From an uncultured Bacilli bacterium (lineage in GTDB: Bacteria; Bacillota_I; Bacilli_A; RF39; UBA660), in the NCBI GenBank assembly GCA_944355255.1, contig CALVQD010000021.1, positions 1 to 48,096 on the forward strand: 48,096 nt of DNA, in the 5' to 3' direction. The notes below the pieces were generated by a model. The model had not been told where the DNA came from, ran no database searches, and saw only the letters and a list, made by a program, of their open reading frames with translations. Positions 39,490-48,096 of the stretch are shown here, piece by piece. The stretch's first letter is position 1; every line of letters begins with the position of its first letter. Position numbers and translations under genes: made by a program.

Positions 39490-40335
39490 ATGATGAAAGA
39501 AATTCAAGTAGAAGATGTAAAACCATATTTTCAAGAAAGAGAAGCAGAAGTAAATAAAGGTAATTTTGGAAAAGTGGGAATGCTTGGTGGTTCTAAAAAC
39601 TATATAGGTGCATTAAAGTTAGCAACTTTTAGCTATTCTGCACTAAGAAGTGGTTGTGGAATTGCTAGAGTGATTATTCCTGAAGATTTAGCAATCTTTT
39701 TAACTCCACATATTATGGAACCAACGATGTTTTTCTATCATAATTTAGCGGAACTTAGAATCGCGATTCGTGATTTAAAGTCTTTAGTCATTGGAATTGG
39801 ATGGGGAATCGATGGAAGTCATTTGGAAATATTACAAGAAGTATTTCGCACCTTTTCTGGGAGTATTGTGCTTGATGCAGACGGATTAAATATATTGGCT
39901 GGTCATTTAGATATACTTCCTAAAAATCAGGTTGTTTTAACTCCACATTTAAAAGAATTTTCAAGATTAACAAAGATTTCGGTAGAGAAACTTAAAAAGA
40001 ATAAAATTGAAATTGCGAAAGAGTTTGCTAAAAAATATCAAGTTATATTATTACTAAAAGGACATACAACAATTATTACTGATGGAAATGATGTATATTT
40101 CATAAAACGCGGAGGTCCAGGAATGGCTACAGCTGGTAGTGGGGATGTGTTGTCTGGTATTTTAGCTGGTTTATTGGGATATCAGGAATATAGTTTATTG
40201 ACAGTTGCTGCTGGTGCTTATTTAGCCGGACTTGCTGGAGAACTTGCTGAAAAAGATAAAACAGATATCGCTATGATTGCAAGTGATACGGTAGAACATA
40301 TTCCAGATGCAATTCAGTTGATTAGAGAGCAATAG
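39490..40335 (+). CDS. nnrD: ADP-dependent NAD(P)H-hydrate dehydratase
   Basis: NKGNFG, GGS..Y.GA, VLDADGL, LTPH.KEF.RL, LKG, MATAGSGDVL.G. Confidence 0.9.
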   Translation: MMKEIQVEDVKPYFQEREAEVNKGNFGKVGMLGGSKNYIGALKLATFSYSALRSGCGIARVIIPEDLAIFLTPHIMEPTMFFYHNLAELRIAIRDLKSLVIGIGWGIDGSHLEILQEVFRTFSGSIVLDADGLNILAGHLDILPKNQVVLTPHLKEFSRLTKISVEKLKKNKIEIAKEFAKKYQVILLLKGHTTIITDGNDVYFIKRGGPGMATAGSGDVLSGILAGLLGYQEYSLLTVAAGAYLAGLAGELAEKDKTDIAMIASDTVEHIPDAIQLIREQ

Positions 40336-40368
40336 AAAAGTTCATATCACATGATATGAACTTTTTTT
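40336..40368. terminator. Bidirectional terminator between nnrD and ponA
   Basis: AAAAGTTCATATCA-ca-TGATATGAACTTTT. Confidence 0.75.
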
Positions 40369-43300
40369 TATTCTGTTGGTTGTTCTGTAGATGAATCTAC
40401 AACGGTTACTTTACGTGTAATTGTTTTACTATAATCTTCATAAGTGATGGTATATGTAATAGTGTATACACCAGCAGTAGAAGTAAAGTTATCTAAGGAA
40501 GCAGGAATTCCAGCAGCATTAGTAATACTTATTTCTACTTCTGCATCAGAAGTAACATCTTTACCATCTTCTTTAACAACAACACCTTGATCACGGTAAG
40601 TACTGTTTAAATTAACTGTCATATTTGCACTTCCAACTAAGCTTACTGACATTTCTCCTTGAACGTTAGAAACATTTACAGTTGTTTCAACACCCGGAGC
40701 CTCTGCTGCAGTAAAGTTAGAATAACATGATTTTACAACATAAGTACCACTATCTGTAGATCTTGCAGTAAAGGTAATACTTGTATTATTTGTAAATTGG
40801 ATCAGTCTTAAAGTACCATCTTTTTGTTTTGCATAAATATTATAACCAACACTACCAAGCATACTTTGATTCTGTCCTAATCTAGATTGTAAATAACTGT
40901 TTTTATAACCACTATCTGTAAATACTTTTCCAATCCAGCTTGATAAACTATTAGAGTCTAACTCTTCTGGAGTTTTAATTCCAGTCCATGAAATAGATAC
41001 TGAGTTTCCACTAATACTACTTTTTACATTAGAAACATCACTTAGTTGTGCAAATCTACTTGATACTTCAGTTGGTTCCGTTCCTTTTTTAAATAGTTCT
41101 GTAATACGCATATTAGATGGTGTATTTGCACTAGGTAATTTGACTGGATAAGTTTCTTTTTCTACTTCAACAGCTACAACACCATCCGGTTTTGTAAATT
41201 CTGCTTTATCAGTAAAGAAATTTCCAGCAATTGCTTTAAATAGATTTCTATGTCCACCAGTATTTGTTGTACTTACATATTTATCATCTTGTTTGTCATA
41301 TCCATACCATACAGAAATCGCATATTGTGTATTAATACCATCTACCCATAAATCGTTAACTGCATTTGATGGATAACCTTTTTTCTTAATTAAGTCTTCA
41401 GTAAAGTTAGAAGTACCTGTCTTAGCTCCAAAATGAACACCGTTTAAATAAGATGTACCAATTCCATAATCAGCAGCATTATATAATACATTACTAATCA
41501 TATAAGCTGTTTCTGGACTCATTACTTTTGTTCTTTCAGTTTCTATCTCTTCTGTTTTATCATCTTCACGATATACAATTTTTGTATATGTATATGGTTT
41601 TGTGTAGTAACCTCCATTCGCAAATGCAGCATAGGCACCAGCCATAGTAAGTGGAGATTCTCCATCATAACCACCTAAAGCGTGTGATTCATATACAACG
41701 CCATTTTCAACTTGTGGATTTAATCCTAAACTTTCTGCAAAGTTTTTAATATTTTCGTTATCATTTTGTTGGAATGCTTTTAATGCTGGAATATTTCTAG
41801 ACTCTGCTAAAGCTGTACGTAATGTCATCCATCCTTGATAAGTTCTATTCCAGTTTTCAATACCACCATCATCATCGTCTGTTCCAGAATATGAGTGTGG
41901 TTCGTCGGCAAATGGAGTTGCAGTAGACCATCCTAGATATTCAAAACCTGGACCGTAATCATAAATTGGTTTCGCAGTAGATCCAATTTGTCGTTTTACT
42001 TTTGTAGCACGACCTAATTGGTTAGCTCCACTTATATTTCTACCATTACTAATTGCTGTTAGTGCTCCAGTATTGACATCGACTACAGCAACTGCACCTT
42101 GTACAACATCATTTTCCCAGTTAAATGTTTTTCCATTCATAATATCTTCTACAGCTTCTTGTTTATCTTTATCCATTGTTGTATATATCTGCATAGAAAC
42201 ATTATATGGGTTATTTCCTGTTCTTTCTGTTACATCTGCAACGACTGCATCAATAAATGATTGATACTTGAAACGGTCTGTATCACCACCATCTTCTGTA
42301 GATACAGATTTTACGATTTTATCAACACTTAAATTGAGAGCAGTTTCATATTCTTTTTTATCGATATAATTATGACGTCTCATAAGATATAAAACAGTTT
42401 GACGACGTTTTTCTGTTAAATCTGGATTAATGTTTGGATCATATGTATTTGGTGCTTGGAACATACCTGCAATCATAGCTGCTTCAGCGAGATTGATATC
42501 TTTGGCACTTTTTCCAAAGTAAGTAAGACAAGCTTGTTCTACACCCCATGCACCACTACCTAGATATGGGGCATTTACATAGAATTCCATAATTTCTTCT
42601 TTGGTATAATGTTTTTCAATTTGGAAAATCGACATATAAATATCGGTAAACTTACGTGTTATACTACGATTTGTCGATGTGAAGTGGTTTTTTGCAATTT
42701 GCATAGTAAGGGTAGAAGCACCACCTGCGTTCTGTCCAAGTAAAGTACCGATTCCAGCACGTATGAAACGTGGTAAGTCAAATCCGTTATGTTGGAAGAA
42801 CCTAGAGTCTTCTGTTGCAACAATCGCATCTACTAACACTTCAGGCAATTGATCATAAGAAATTGTCTCACGGTTTTCACTACCGAGTTTTTTGATGATT
42901 GTACCATCAGAACTATACAAAATAGAAGCTTCCTGATGATACAATTTGTCAGGACTAAATTCTGGAGCATCTTTAATAATAAAGAACATAAAGATACCAA
43001 AAGCCACTAAACAAACAATTCCTAAAATAAGACATACCATCAAGATTTTTTTCCCTATTTTTTTCTTCTTTGTTTTATCTTTTACCTTTCCTTTTTTATT
43101 TTTTGACATGCGAGTAGTACGTGCAGAACGTGTACTTGCAACATTTGCTCCTTTTGTATAATCTGTTTTTTGAGCATGACCAGTACGTGCATGTCTTGCT
43201 TCTGTTCTTTTCTTTTCCATCGTAACCTCCATATTCTTTTTACTTATATTGTTAATGAAATTTAATAAATTTGGACTAAATAAGATTCCATCTAAAATTA

Positions 43301-43442
43301 AAATAATTAGAAATGCTTTTAAGAATCCTATTGCAAATATTCCTACAATCAGTGCTAGAATACTGACGAGCCCAATTGCAATTTCATATTGATGTTCATT
43401 GATATATTGAATGATTTTATGATACTTTTTCAGAAGCTTCAC
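40368..43442 (-). CDS. ponA: Class A penicillin-binding protein 1A with C-terminal FN3-like and Ig-like domains (second in-frame start at 43220)
   Basis: Transglycosylase EDSRFFQHNG and GASTLTMQ; transpeptidase STAK, SRN, KTG; downstream of recU. Confidence 0.92.
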   Translation of the reverse strand: MKLLKKYHKIIQYINEHQYEIAIGLVSILALIVGIFAIGFLKAFLIILILDGILFSPNLLNFINNISKKNMEVTMEKKRTEARHARTGHAQKTDYTKGANVASTRSARTTRMSKNKKGKVKDKTKKKKIGKKILMVCLILGIVCLVAFGIFMFFIIKDAPEFSPDKLYHQEASILYSSDGTIIKKLGSENRETISYDQLPEVLVDAIVATEDSRFFQHNGFDLPRFIRAGIGTLLGQNAGGASTLTMQIAKNHFTSTNRSITRKFTDIYMSIFQIEKHYTKEEIMEFYVNAPYLGSGAWGVEQACLTYFGKSAKDINLAEAAMIAGMFQAPNTYDPNINPDLTEKRRQTVLYLMRRHNYIDKKEYETALNLSVDKIVKSVSTEDGGDTDRFKYQSFIDAVVADVTERTGNNPYNVSMQIYTTMDKDKQEAVEDIMNGKTFNWENDVVQGAVAVVDVNTGALTAISNGRNISGANQLGRATKVKRQIGSTAKPIYDYGPGFEYLGWSTATPFADEPHSYSGTDDDDGGIENWNRTYQGWMTLRTALAESRNIPALKAFQQNDNENIKNFAESLGLNPQVENGVVYESHALGGYDGESPLTMAGAYAAFANGGYYTKPYTYTKIVYREDDKTEEIETERTKVMSPETAYMISNVLYNAADYGIGTSYLNGVHFGAKTGTSNFTEDLIKKKGYPSNAVNDLWVDGINTQYAISVWYGYDKQDDKYVSTTNTGGHRNLFKAIAGNFFTDKAEFTKPDGVVAVEVEKETYPVKLPSANTPSNMRITELFKKGTEPTEVSSRFAQLSDVSNVKSSISGNSVSISWTGIKTPEELDSNSLSSWIGKVFTDSGYKNSYLQSRLGQNQSMLGSVGYNIYAKQKDGTLRLIQFTNNTSITFTARSTDSGTYVVKSCYSNFTAAEAPGVETTVNVSNVQGEMSVSLVGSANMTVNLNSTYRDQGVVVKEDGKDVTSDAEVEISITNAAGIPASLDNFTSTAGVYTITYTITYEDYSKTITRKVTVVDSSTEQPTE

Positions 43443-44007
43443 CTTCTTTCTCCATATCGTCTATCATTTTTAAATAGTCGAGTCGTGGTGCATACTTTGT
43501 TTCAATTAATTTCCCTTCTTTTTGAAAATAAGAAATGGGAATCGACTTCCTTTTGTTGCTTTCAATGAATGATATCAATTTACTACCATCTAAAAAATAT
43601 GTCAAATTATAGTGGGTAAAACGAATAATTAAAAATCCGATTCCACCATGTTCTATAATCTTCTTAATATGTTCAATTTGATGGCTATGAATGTTTGCGA
43701 GTGGGAAAAAACTTTTATTTCTCGTTTCTTTTGCTTCAAAATCAATATATTTTCCCTTGTATACACCATTGTAGTCTGTAGTAGATGGTGTTTTATAATA
43801 TGCTTCTTTAATCACAGCATCCATACGTGACTTAAAATCTACTTTAACTACTGTAATTGGCGTTGGTTTTTTGTAAATGACTGCAATATTATGTACTAGA
43901 TAATAAGTATTTGTCTCATTAATATCATGTTCTAAACTCATCCCACGGTTACCGTGTAATACGTAAGATTGTTTTACTTTTGTTCCGTTTGGATAATTCA
44001 CAAGCAT
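43417..44007 (-). CDS. recU: Holliday junction resolvase RecU
   Basis: NRGMSLE, KKPTP, STTDYNG.YKG.YIDFEAKET, HQ. Confidence 0.96.
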   Translation of the reverse strand: MLVNYPNGTKVKQSYVLHGNRGMSLEHDINETNTYYLVHNIAVIYKKPTPITVVKVDFKSRMDAVIKEAYYKTPSTTDYNGVYKGKYIDFEAKETRNKSFFPLANIHSHQIEHIKKIIEHGGIGFLIIRFTHYNLTYFLDGSKLISFIESNKRKSIPISYFQKEGKLIETKYAPRLDYLKMIDDMEKEGEASEKVS

Positions 44008-44113
44008 TCACCATTAATATTATACTATAAAGTATTCAATTTTTCTACTAGATTTTCTTATCTTTGCCATCATTGACAAAGAAGTGTGATACAATAAGAG
44101 AAGGTGATTATTT

Positions 44114-44962
44114 ATGGAGATTTTAAATGGAAAAGAATTAAAGAAAAAGAAATTATTAGAATTAAAAGAACAAGTCTTAAAATTATCTCAACCATTAGGT
44201 TTTGCAGTGGTACAAGTTGGACATAATGAGGCAAGTAATGTTTATATTAGACAAAAAGAAAAAATGGCAGAACAATTAGGGTATGAATTTTATCACATTT
44301 CTTTAGAAGAAGATATTTTAGAAGATGAGTTAATTCAGACGATTCAAGAATTAAACGAAGATGAAAAAGTTCATGGAATTTTAGTTCAAATGCCATTACC
44401 ATCACATATTGATGCGAAAAAAGTACAAGATGCAGTAAACCCTGAAAAGGATGTAGATGGGTTAAATGCTCTTAATAGTGGAAAACTCTTAAAACAAGAA
44501 GAGGGGTTACTACCATGTACTCCATCTGGGATTATTACGTTATTACATGCATATCAAATTCCTCTTTGTGGACGCCATGCAGTCGTTGTAGGACGTAGTG
44601 AATTGGTTGGAAAACCACTTGCTTTACTTTTATTAAATGAAGATGCTACCGTTACAATTTGTCATTCTAAAACAGAACACTTAGAACAATATACAAAAAT
44701 GGCAGATATTTTAATTAGTGCTGTTGGAAAAAAAGATTTCATTCGTGCTGATATGGTAAAAGAAGGAGCTGTTGTAATCGATGTTGGTATGAATCGTGTG
44801 GATGGAAAATTATATGGAGATGTAAAATATGATGAAGTTGCTCCATATTGTAGTTATATTACTCCAGTTCCAGGAGGAGTAGGTCCAATGACTGTTTTAG
44901 AATTAGGGGAAAATGTATACCGTGCTCATCAAAAGCAATTAAAGAAGACTTTTGACAGATAA
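44114..44962 (+). CDS. folD: Bifunctional methylenetetrahydrofolate dehydrogenase/cyclohydrolase
   Basis: YIRQK, LVQMPLP, KDVDG, PCTP, GRS..VGKP, TPVPGGVGPMT. Confidence 0.96.
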   Translation: MEILNGKELKKKKLLELKEQVLKLSQPLGFAVVQVGHNEASNVYIRQKEKMAEQLGYEFYHISLEEDILEDELIQTIQELNEDEKVHGILVQMPLPSHIDAKKVQDAVNPEKDVDGLNALNSGKLLKQEEGLLPCTPSGIITLLHAYQIPLCGRHAVVVGRSELVGKPLALLLLNEDATVTICHSKTEHLEQYTKMADILISAVGKKDFIRADMVKEGAVVIDVGMNRVDGKLYGDVKYDEVAPYCSYITPVPGGVGPMTVLELGENVYRAHQKQLKKTFDR

Positions 44963-44981
44963 AAGCGATACGTGTTATAAT
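44952..44981 (+). promoter_or_regulatory. Consensus sigmaA promoter of engB
   Basis: TTGACA, 18 nt, TATAAT with TG extended -10. Confidence 0.7.
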
Positions 44982-45006
44982 GAGTCTATGAAATTTAGGT
45001 GATATC

Positions 45007-45594
45007 ATGAAAATTAATCGTGTTAACTTAGAAATATCAGCAGTAAGACGCAGTCAATATCCAACCGATAATAAACCGGAATTTTTATTGGTAGGACGTT
45101 CTAATGTCGGTAAAAGTAGTTTTATTAATACTTTAATCCATCGTAAAAACTATGCTAGAACATCCTCACAACCTGGAAAAACACAAACGATTAATTTTTA
45201 TCTAGTAAATGATGAGTTTTATTTAGTAGATGCTCCAGGATATGGGTTTGCTAATGTCAGTAAACCAATGCGTAAAAAGTTTGGTTTAATGATGGAAGAC
45301 TACTTAATCAATCGTCCGAATTTAAAAAATGTATTTATGTTAATTGATTTTCGTCATAAACCAACAAGTGATGATCTGATGATGTATCAATTTTTAAAAT
45401 ACTATGATATTCCAGTTACCATTGTCGCAACGAAAGTGGACAAAGTAGGAATTACCAATCGTCAAAAACAGCGTAATTTAATTTTAGATCAATTAGATCT
45501 TGTCGTAGGAGATGATTTTGTAATGTTTTCTAGTGTAACAAAACTAGGAAAAGAAGAAATCTATGATCGAATTGAACGAACAACAGAAATATAA
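45007..45594 (+). CDS. engB: Ribosome biogenesis GTPase YihA/YsxC (EngB)
   Basis: GRSNVGKSS, PGKT, DAPGYG, TKVDK. Confidence 0.95.
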   Translation: MKINRVNLEISAVRRSQYPTDNKPEFLLVGRSNVGKSSFINTLIHRKNYARTSSQPGKTQTINFYLVNDEFYLVDAPGYGFANVSKPMRKKFGLMMEDYLINRPNLKNVFMLIDFRHKPTSDDLMMYQFLKYYDIPVTIVATKVDKVGITNRQKQRNLILDQLDLVVGDDFVMFSSVTKLGKEEIYDRIERTTEI

Positions 45595-45641
45595 GGAACA
45601 AAAGCATATTCTTAAAATAGACTAATACTAGGTGATCTATT

Positions 45642-46139
45642 TTGAAACTAGTATTTCTAGATAAGGAGAATATGCTTCTTTTTTTAAATCGGGTACAAAG
45701 CCATCAATTGTCATTTGAACAAAGAGAAAAGCTAGAACCACAACTCAAATCATTGTTATTAAAGTTAAAACAGATTTATCACATTTCCTTTTTTGGATAT
45801 TATACAATTCACGTATATCAAGATAAACTGTATGGAACAATTTTAAAAATACATCGAGAAGATCTTGATGATTTTGATTGTTTTCATGATGAAATTGAAT
45901 TATGTTTACATATTGAAAAAGAAAGTGAGATATTGTATCAAGTAAATGATCCACTATATCTTTCCAAAAGAAAATGGCGTAAAAAAACGAAGTTGTATTA
46001 TTATGATCATCAATTTTATTTTCGCATTATAGAAGATATATCCCAACAAGAGCTGGGGCAATTTTTAGAATTTACAGAACCTTGTTTTCAACAAAGTCAT
46101 GAAGTATTAACTTATGGAAAAGAATTAGAGTGTTGGTAG
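45642..46139 (+). CDS. Hypothetical protein
   Basis: 165-aa ORF, TTG start after AGGTGA; no motif I can name confidently. Confidence 0.6.
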   Translation: MKLVFLDKENMLLFLNRVQSHQLSFEQREKLEPQLKSLLLKLKQIYHISFFGYYTIHVYQDKLYGTILKIHREDLDDFDCFHDEIELCLHIEKESEILYQVNDPLYLSKRKWRKKTKLYYYDHQFYFRIIEDISQQELGQFLEFTEPCFQQSHEVLTYGKELECW

Positions 46140-46186
46140 AATATTAAAAATATGTTATAATACCGGAAGAAAACGAGGGGATAATT

Positions 46187-47500
46187 ATGAGAAAACCAGT
46201 TGTCGCATTACTTGGAAGACCAAACGTTGGAAAAAGTACATTGTTTAATCGTATGGTTGGAAAGAAAATTTCAATTATAGAAGATACGCCTGGTGTTACA
46301 AGAGATCGTATCTATGGAAATGTAAAATTTAAAGATTATACTTTTCATTTGATTGATACTGGAGGAATCGACCTTGCGGATGAACACTTCAATGACTCTA
46401 TTAAAATGCAAGCTGAACTTGCCATTGATGAAGCAGATTTAATTTTATTTGTAGTAGATGGGAAAGAAGGACTTACTTCTAATGACTATGCGGTAAGAGA
46501 TATGTTGTTAAAATCACAAAAGAAAGTGATTGTAGTCATCAATAAAATGGATTCTAAATTTGCAAAAGAAAATATGTATGATTTCTACGAACTTGGATTA
46601 GATACTTATATGCCAGTTAGTGGGGAACAAAATGAAGGAATTTATGATCTATTAGAAGAAATTACCAAAGATTTTCCAGAAATAGAAGAAGAATATGAAG
46701 ACGGTATTGTAAAGTTTTGTGTGATTGGAAGACCAAACGTGGGGAAGAGTAGTTTAGTAAATGCAATCGTAGGAGAAGATCGTGTGATTGTATCAGATGT
46801 TGCTGGAACAACAAGAGATGCGATTGATACCACATTCCGCTATCATGATCATGATTACGTTGTTATTGATACTGCCGGAATGAGAAAACGTGGAAAAGTA
46901 TATGAAGCAGTTGAAAAATATAGTTTACTTCGCTCTTTAAAGGCAATTGATCGTAGTGATGTATGTTTGATTGTAATCAATGCCGAAGAAGGAATTGTTG
47001 AACACGACAAACATATTGCAGGATATGCTTTAGATGCTGGAAAAGCAGTAATTCTAGTTGTTAATAAATGGGATACAATTGAGGATAAAGATACCAAAAT
47101 GAAAGAATTTAAAGAGTTGTTAAAATATGAATTTCAATTTATGACATTCGCACCGATTGTGTTTTTAAGTGCCAAAACAAAAAAAAGAATTCACACTTTA
47201 ATGCCAGAAATTTTGAAAGTATATGAAAATAGTAGAAGAGAAGTAAAAACAAGTGTATTGAATGATGTTATTCGTGATGCTTATGCATTAAATTTACCAC
47301 CAAGTTATAAAGGAAAGAGACTAAAAATATATTTTTCTAATCAAGCATCAACGCAACCACCAACATTTAATATTCAAGTAAATAGTAAGGGATTAATTCA
47401 TTTTTCCTATGAAAGATATTTAGAAAATAAATTACGTGAAGCTTTTGATTTTGAAGGAACACCAATTATTTTACAATTCAAAAACAAAGGAGAGCAGTAA
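46187..47500 (+). CDS. der: Ribosome biogenesis GTPase Der (EngA)
   Basis: Two GRPNVGKS G-domains, DTGG/DTAG, NKMD/NKWD, KH-like C-terminus. Confidence 0.98.
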   Translation: MRKPVVALLGRPNVGKSTLFNRMVGKKISIIEDTPGVTRDRIYGNVKFKDYTFHLIDTGGIDLADEHFNDSIKMQAELAIDEADLILFVVDGKEGLTSNDYAVRDMLLKSQKKVIVVINKMDSKFAKENMYDFYELGLDTYMPVSGEQNEGIYDLLEEITKDFPEIEEEYEDGIVKFCVIGRPNVGKSSLVNAIVGEDRVIVSDVAGTTRDAIDTTFRYHDHDYVVIDTAGMRKRGKVYEAVEKYSLLRSLKAIDRSDVCLIVINAEEGIVEHDKHIAGYALDAGKAVILVVNKWDTIEDKDTKMKEFKELLKYEFQFMTFAPIVFLSAKTKKRIHTLMPEILKVYENSRREVKTSVLNDVIRDAYALNLPPSYKGKRLKIYFSNQASTQPPTFNIQVNSKGLIHFSYERYLENKLREAFDFEGTPIILQFKNKGEQ

Positions 47501-47628
47501 ATCTATTTACAAAATAAAATAATTTACATATTGTAAGAAGGATACTTACTAAGTGTCCATCTATATGTGGTGCACTTAGCTTATGCTAGATGTTTTTAAT
47601 TTCATAAACTATCAACTGAAATAGAATG

Positions 47629-48096
47629 TGTAGTTGTCAATGATGTGAGACCAAAAAGTCGTAAAAAATATTAATTAGGAAGCTGTGCATTAGCACAAGC
47701 TTCTTTTAAAATATTTCTTTTTTCAATAGGAGAAATCCAACCTAATACTTGCATTGGAATGTTATTAGAACGGTTTAAATAACTTTTCATTTGTTTTAAT
47801 AAATCATCATAAGAATAAAACTTTAAATAATTATAAAATCTATTTTGATCATTTCTATGACTTCGCTCAACCTTACCATTATGTCTTGGAGTTCTTGGTC
47901 TAATTAATTGATGCTTAATATTTAACTCATTGAGTAATACATCAAGTGGGTGAATTCTATCTGTCTTTTGAGTATGAGTAAACTCCTGACCATTGTCAGT
48001 TTGAATAGTTAATGGCTTATACCCAAAATAAAGTATGGCACGTTTTACAAAATCTACAGTTGAATATGAAGATTGTTCTTTATAAGGATAAATAAA
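47629..48096 (-). mobile_element. IS481-family insertion sequence (3' end; continues beyond the window)
   Basis: Probable terminal IR starting TGTAGTTGTCAATGATGT at 47629, just past the transposase stop codon. Confidence 0.7.
47671..48096 (-). CDS. DDE integrase-core transposase, C-terminal part (missing from the ORF track)
   Basis: Minus-strand frame reads ..IQTDNGQEF..IRPRTPRHNGKVERSHR..NNIPMQVLGWISP..LPN*. Confidence 0.88.
   Translation of the reverse strand, partial: FIYPYKEQSSYSTVDFVKRAILYFGYKPLTIQTDNGQEFTHTQKTDRIHPLDVLLNELNIKHQLIRPRTPRHNGKVERSHRNDQNRFYNYLKFYSYDDLLKQMKSYLNRSNNIPMQVLGWISPIEKRNILKEACANAQLPN

Noticed and set aside
45642-46139. MecA/YpbH-like adaptor assignment
   Set aside because: Only a vague resemblance and position near der; no motif I can verify
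47549-47600. Imperfect hairpin CTAAGTG...CACTTAG downstream of der as an ncRNA or MITE
   Set aside because: Single copy with no family features; could simply be a terminator

Overview
Low-GC Firmicute chromosomal segment (class Bacilli, code 11; gene content suggests a streamlined, spore-forming, uncultured gut-type lineage such as RF39, which is an inference). It is mostly housekeeping: ezrA, thiI, clpP, gap, pgk, tpiA, dusB, lysS, ackA, prfB (programmed +1 frameshift), ftsEX, nnrD, ponA, recU, folD, engB and der. Sporulation genes (sspA, spo0A, yabG, veg, spoVG, yabP, yabQ, divIC) come with recognisable sigmaG, sigmaE and Spo0A sites. The main discovery is a ~5.9 kb accessory island between gap and pgk that looks like a RiPP biosynthetic cluster I cannot assign to a named class. 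It contains a PPDK/RPH-type His-swivel kinase, a cryptic RRE-like reading frame, a PqqD/RRE protein, an unannotated 35-aa precursor (MMKKYEKPLLFKLDKSLGG-MASSFSKSYCYGGESK) with a YxxPxL recognition motif, a radical SAM/SPASM enzyme, a B12-dependent radical SAM enzyme, a translationally coupled RsgA GTPase paralogue and an ABC-exporter remnant. Also present: a sortase B with its NPETS substrate, a truncated GAPDH paralogue, several solitary accessory genes with similar basic C-termini, and the end of an IS481-family element at the right edge.
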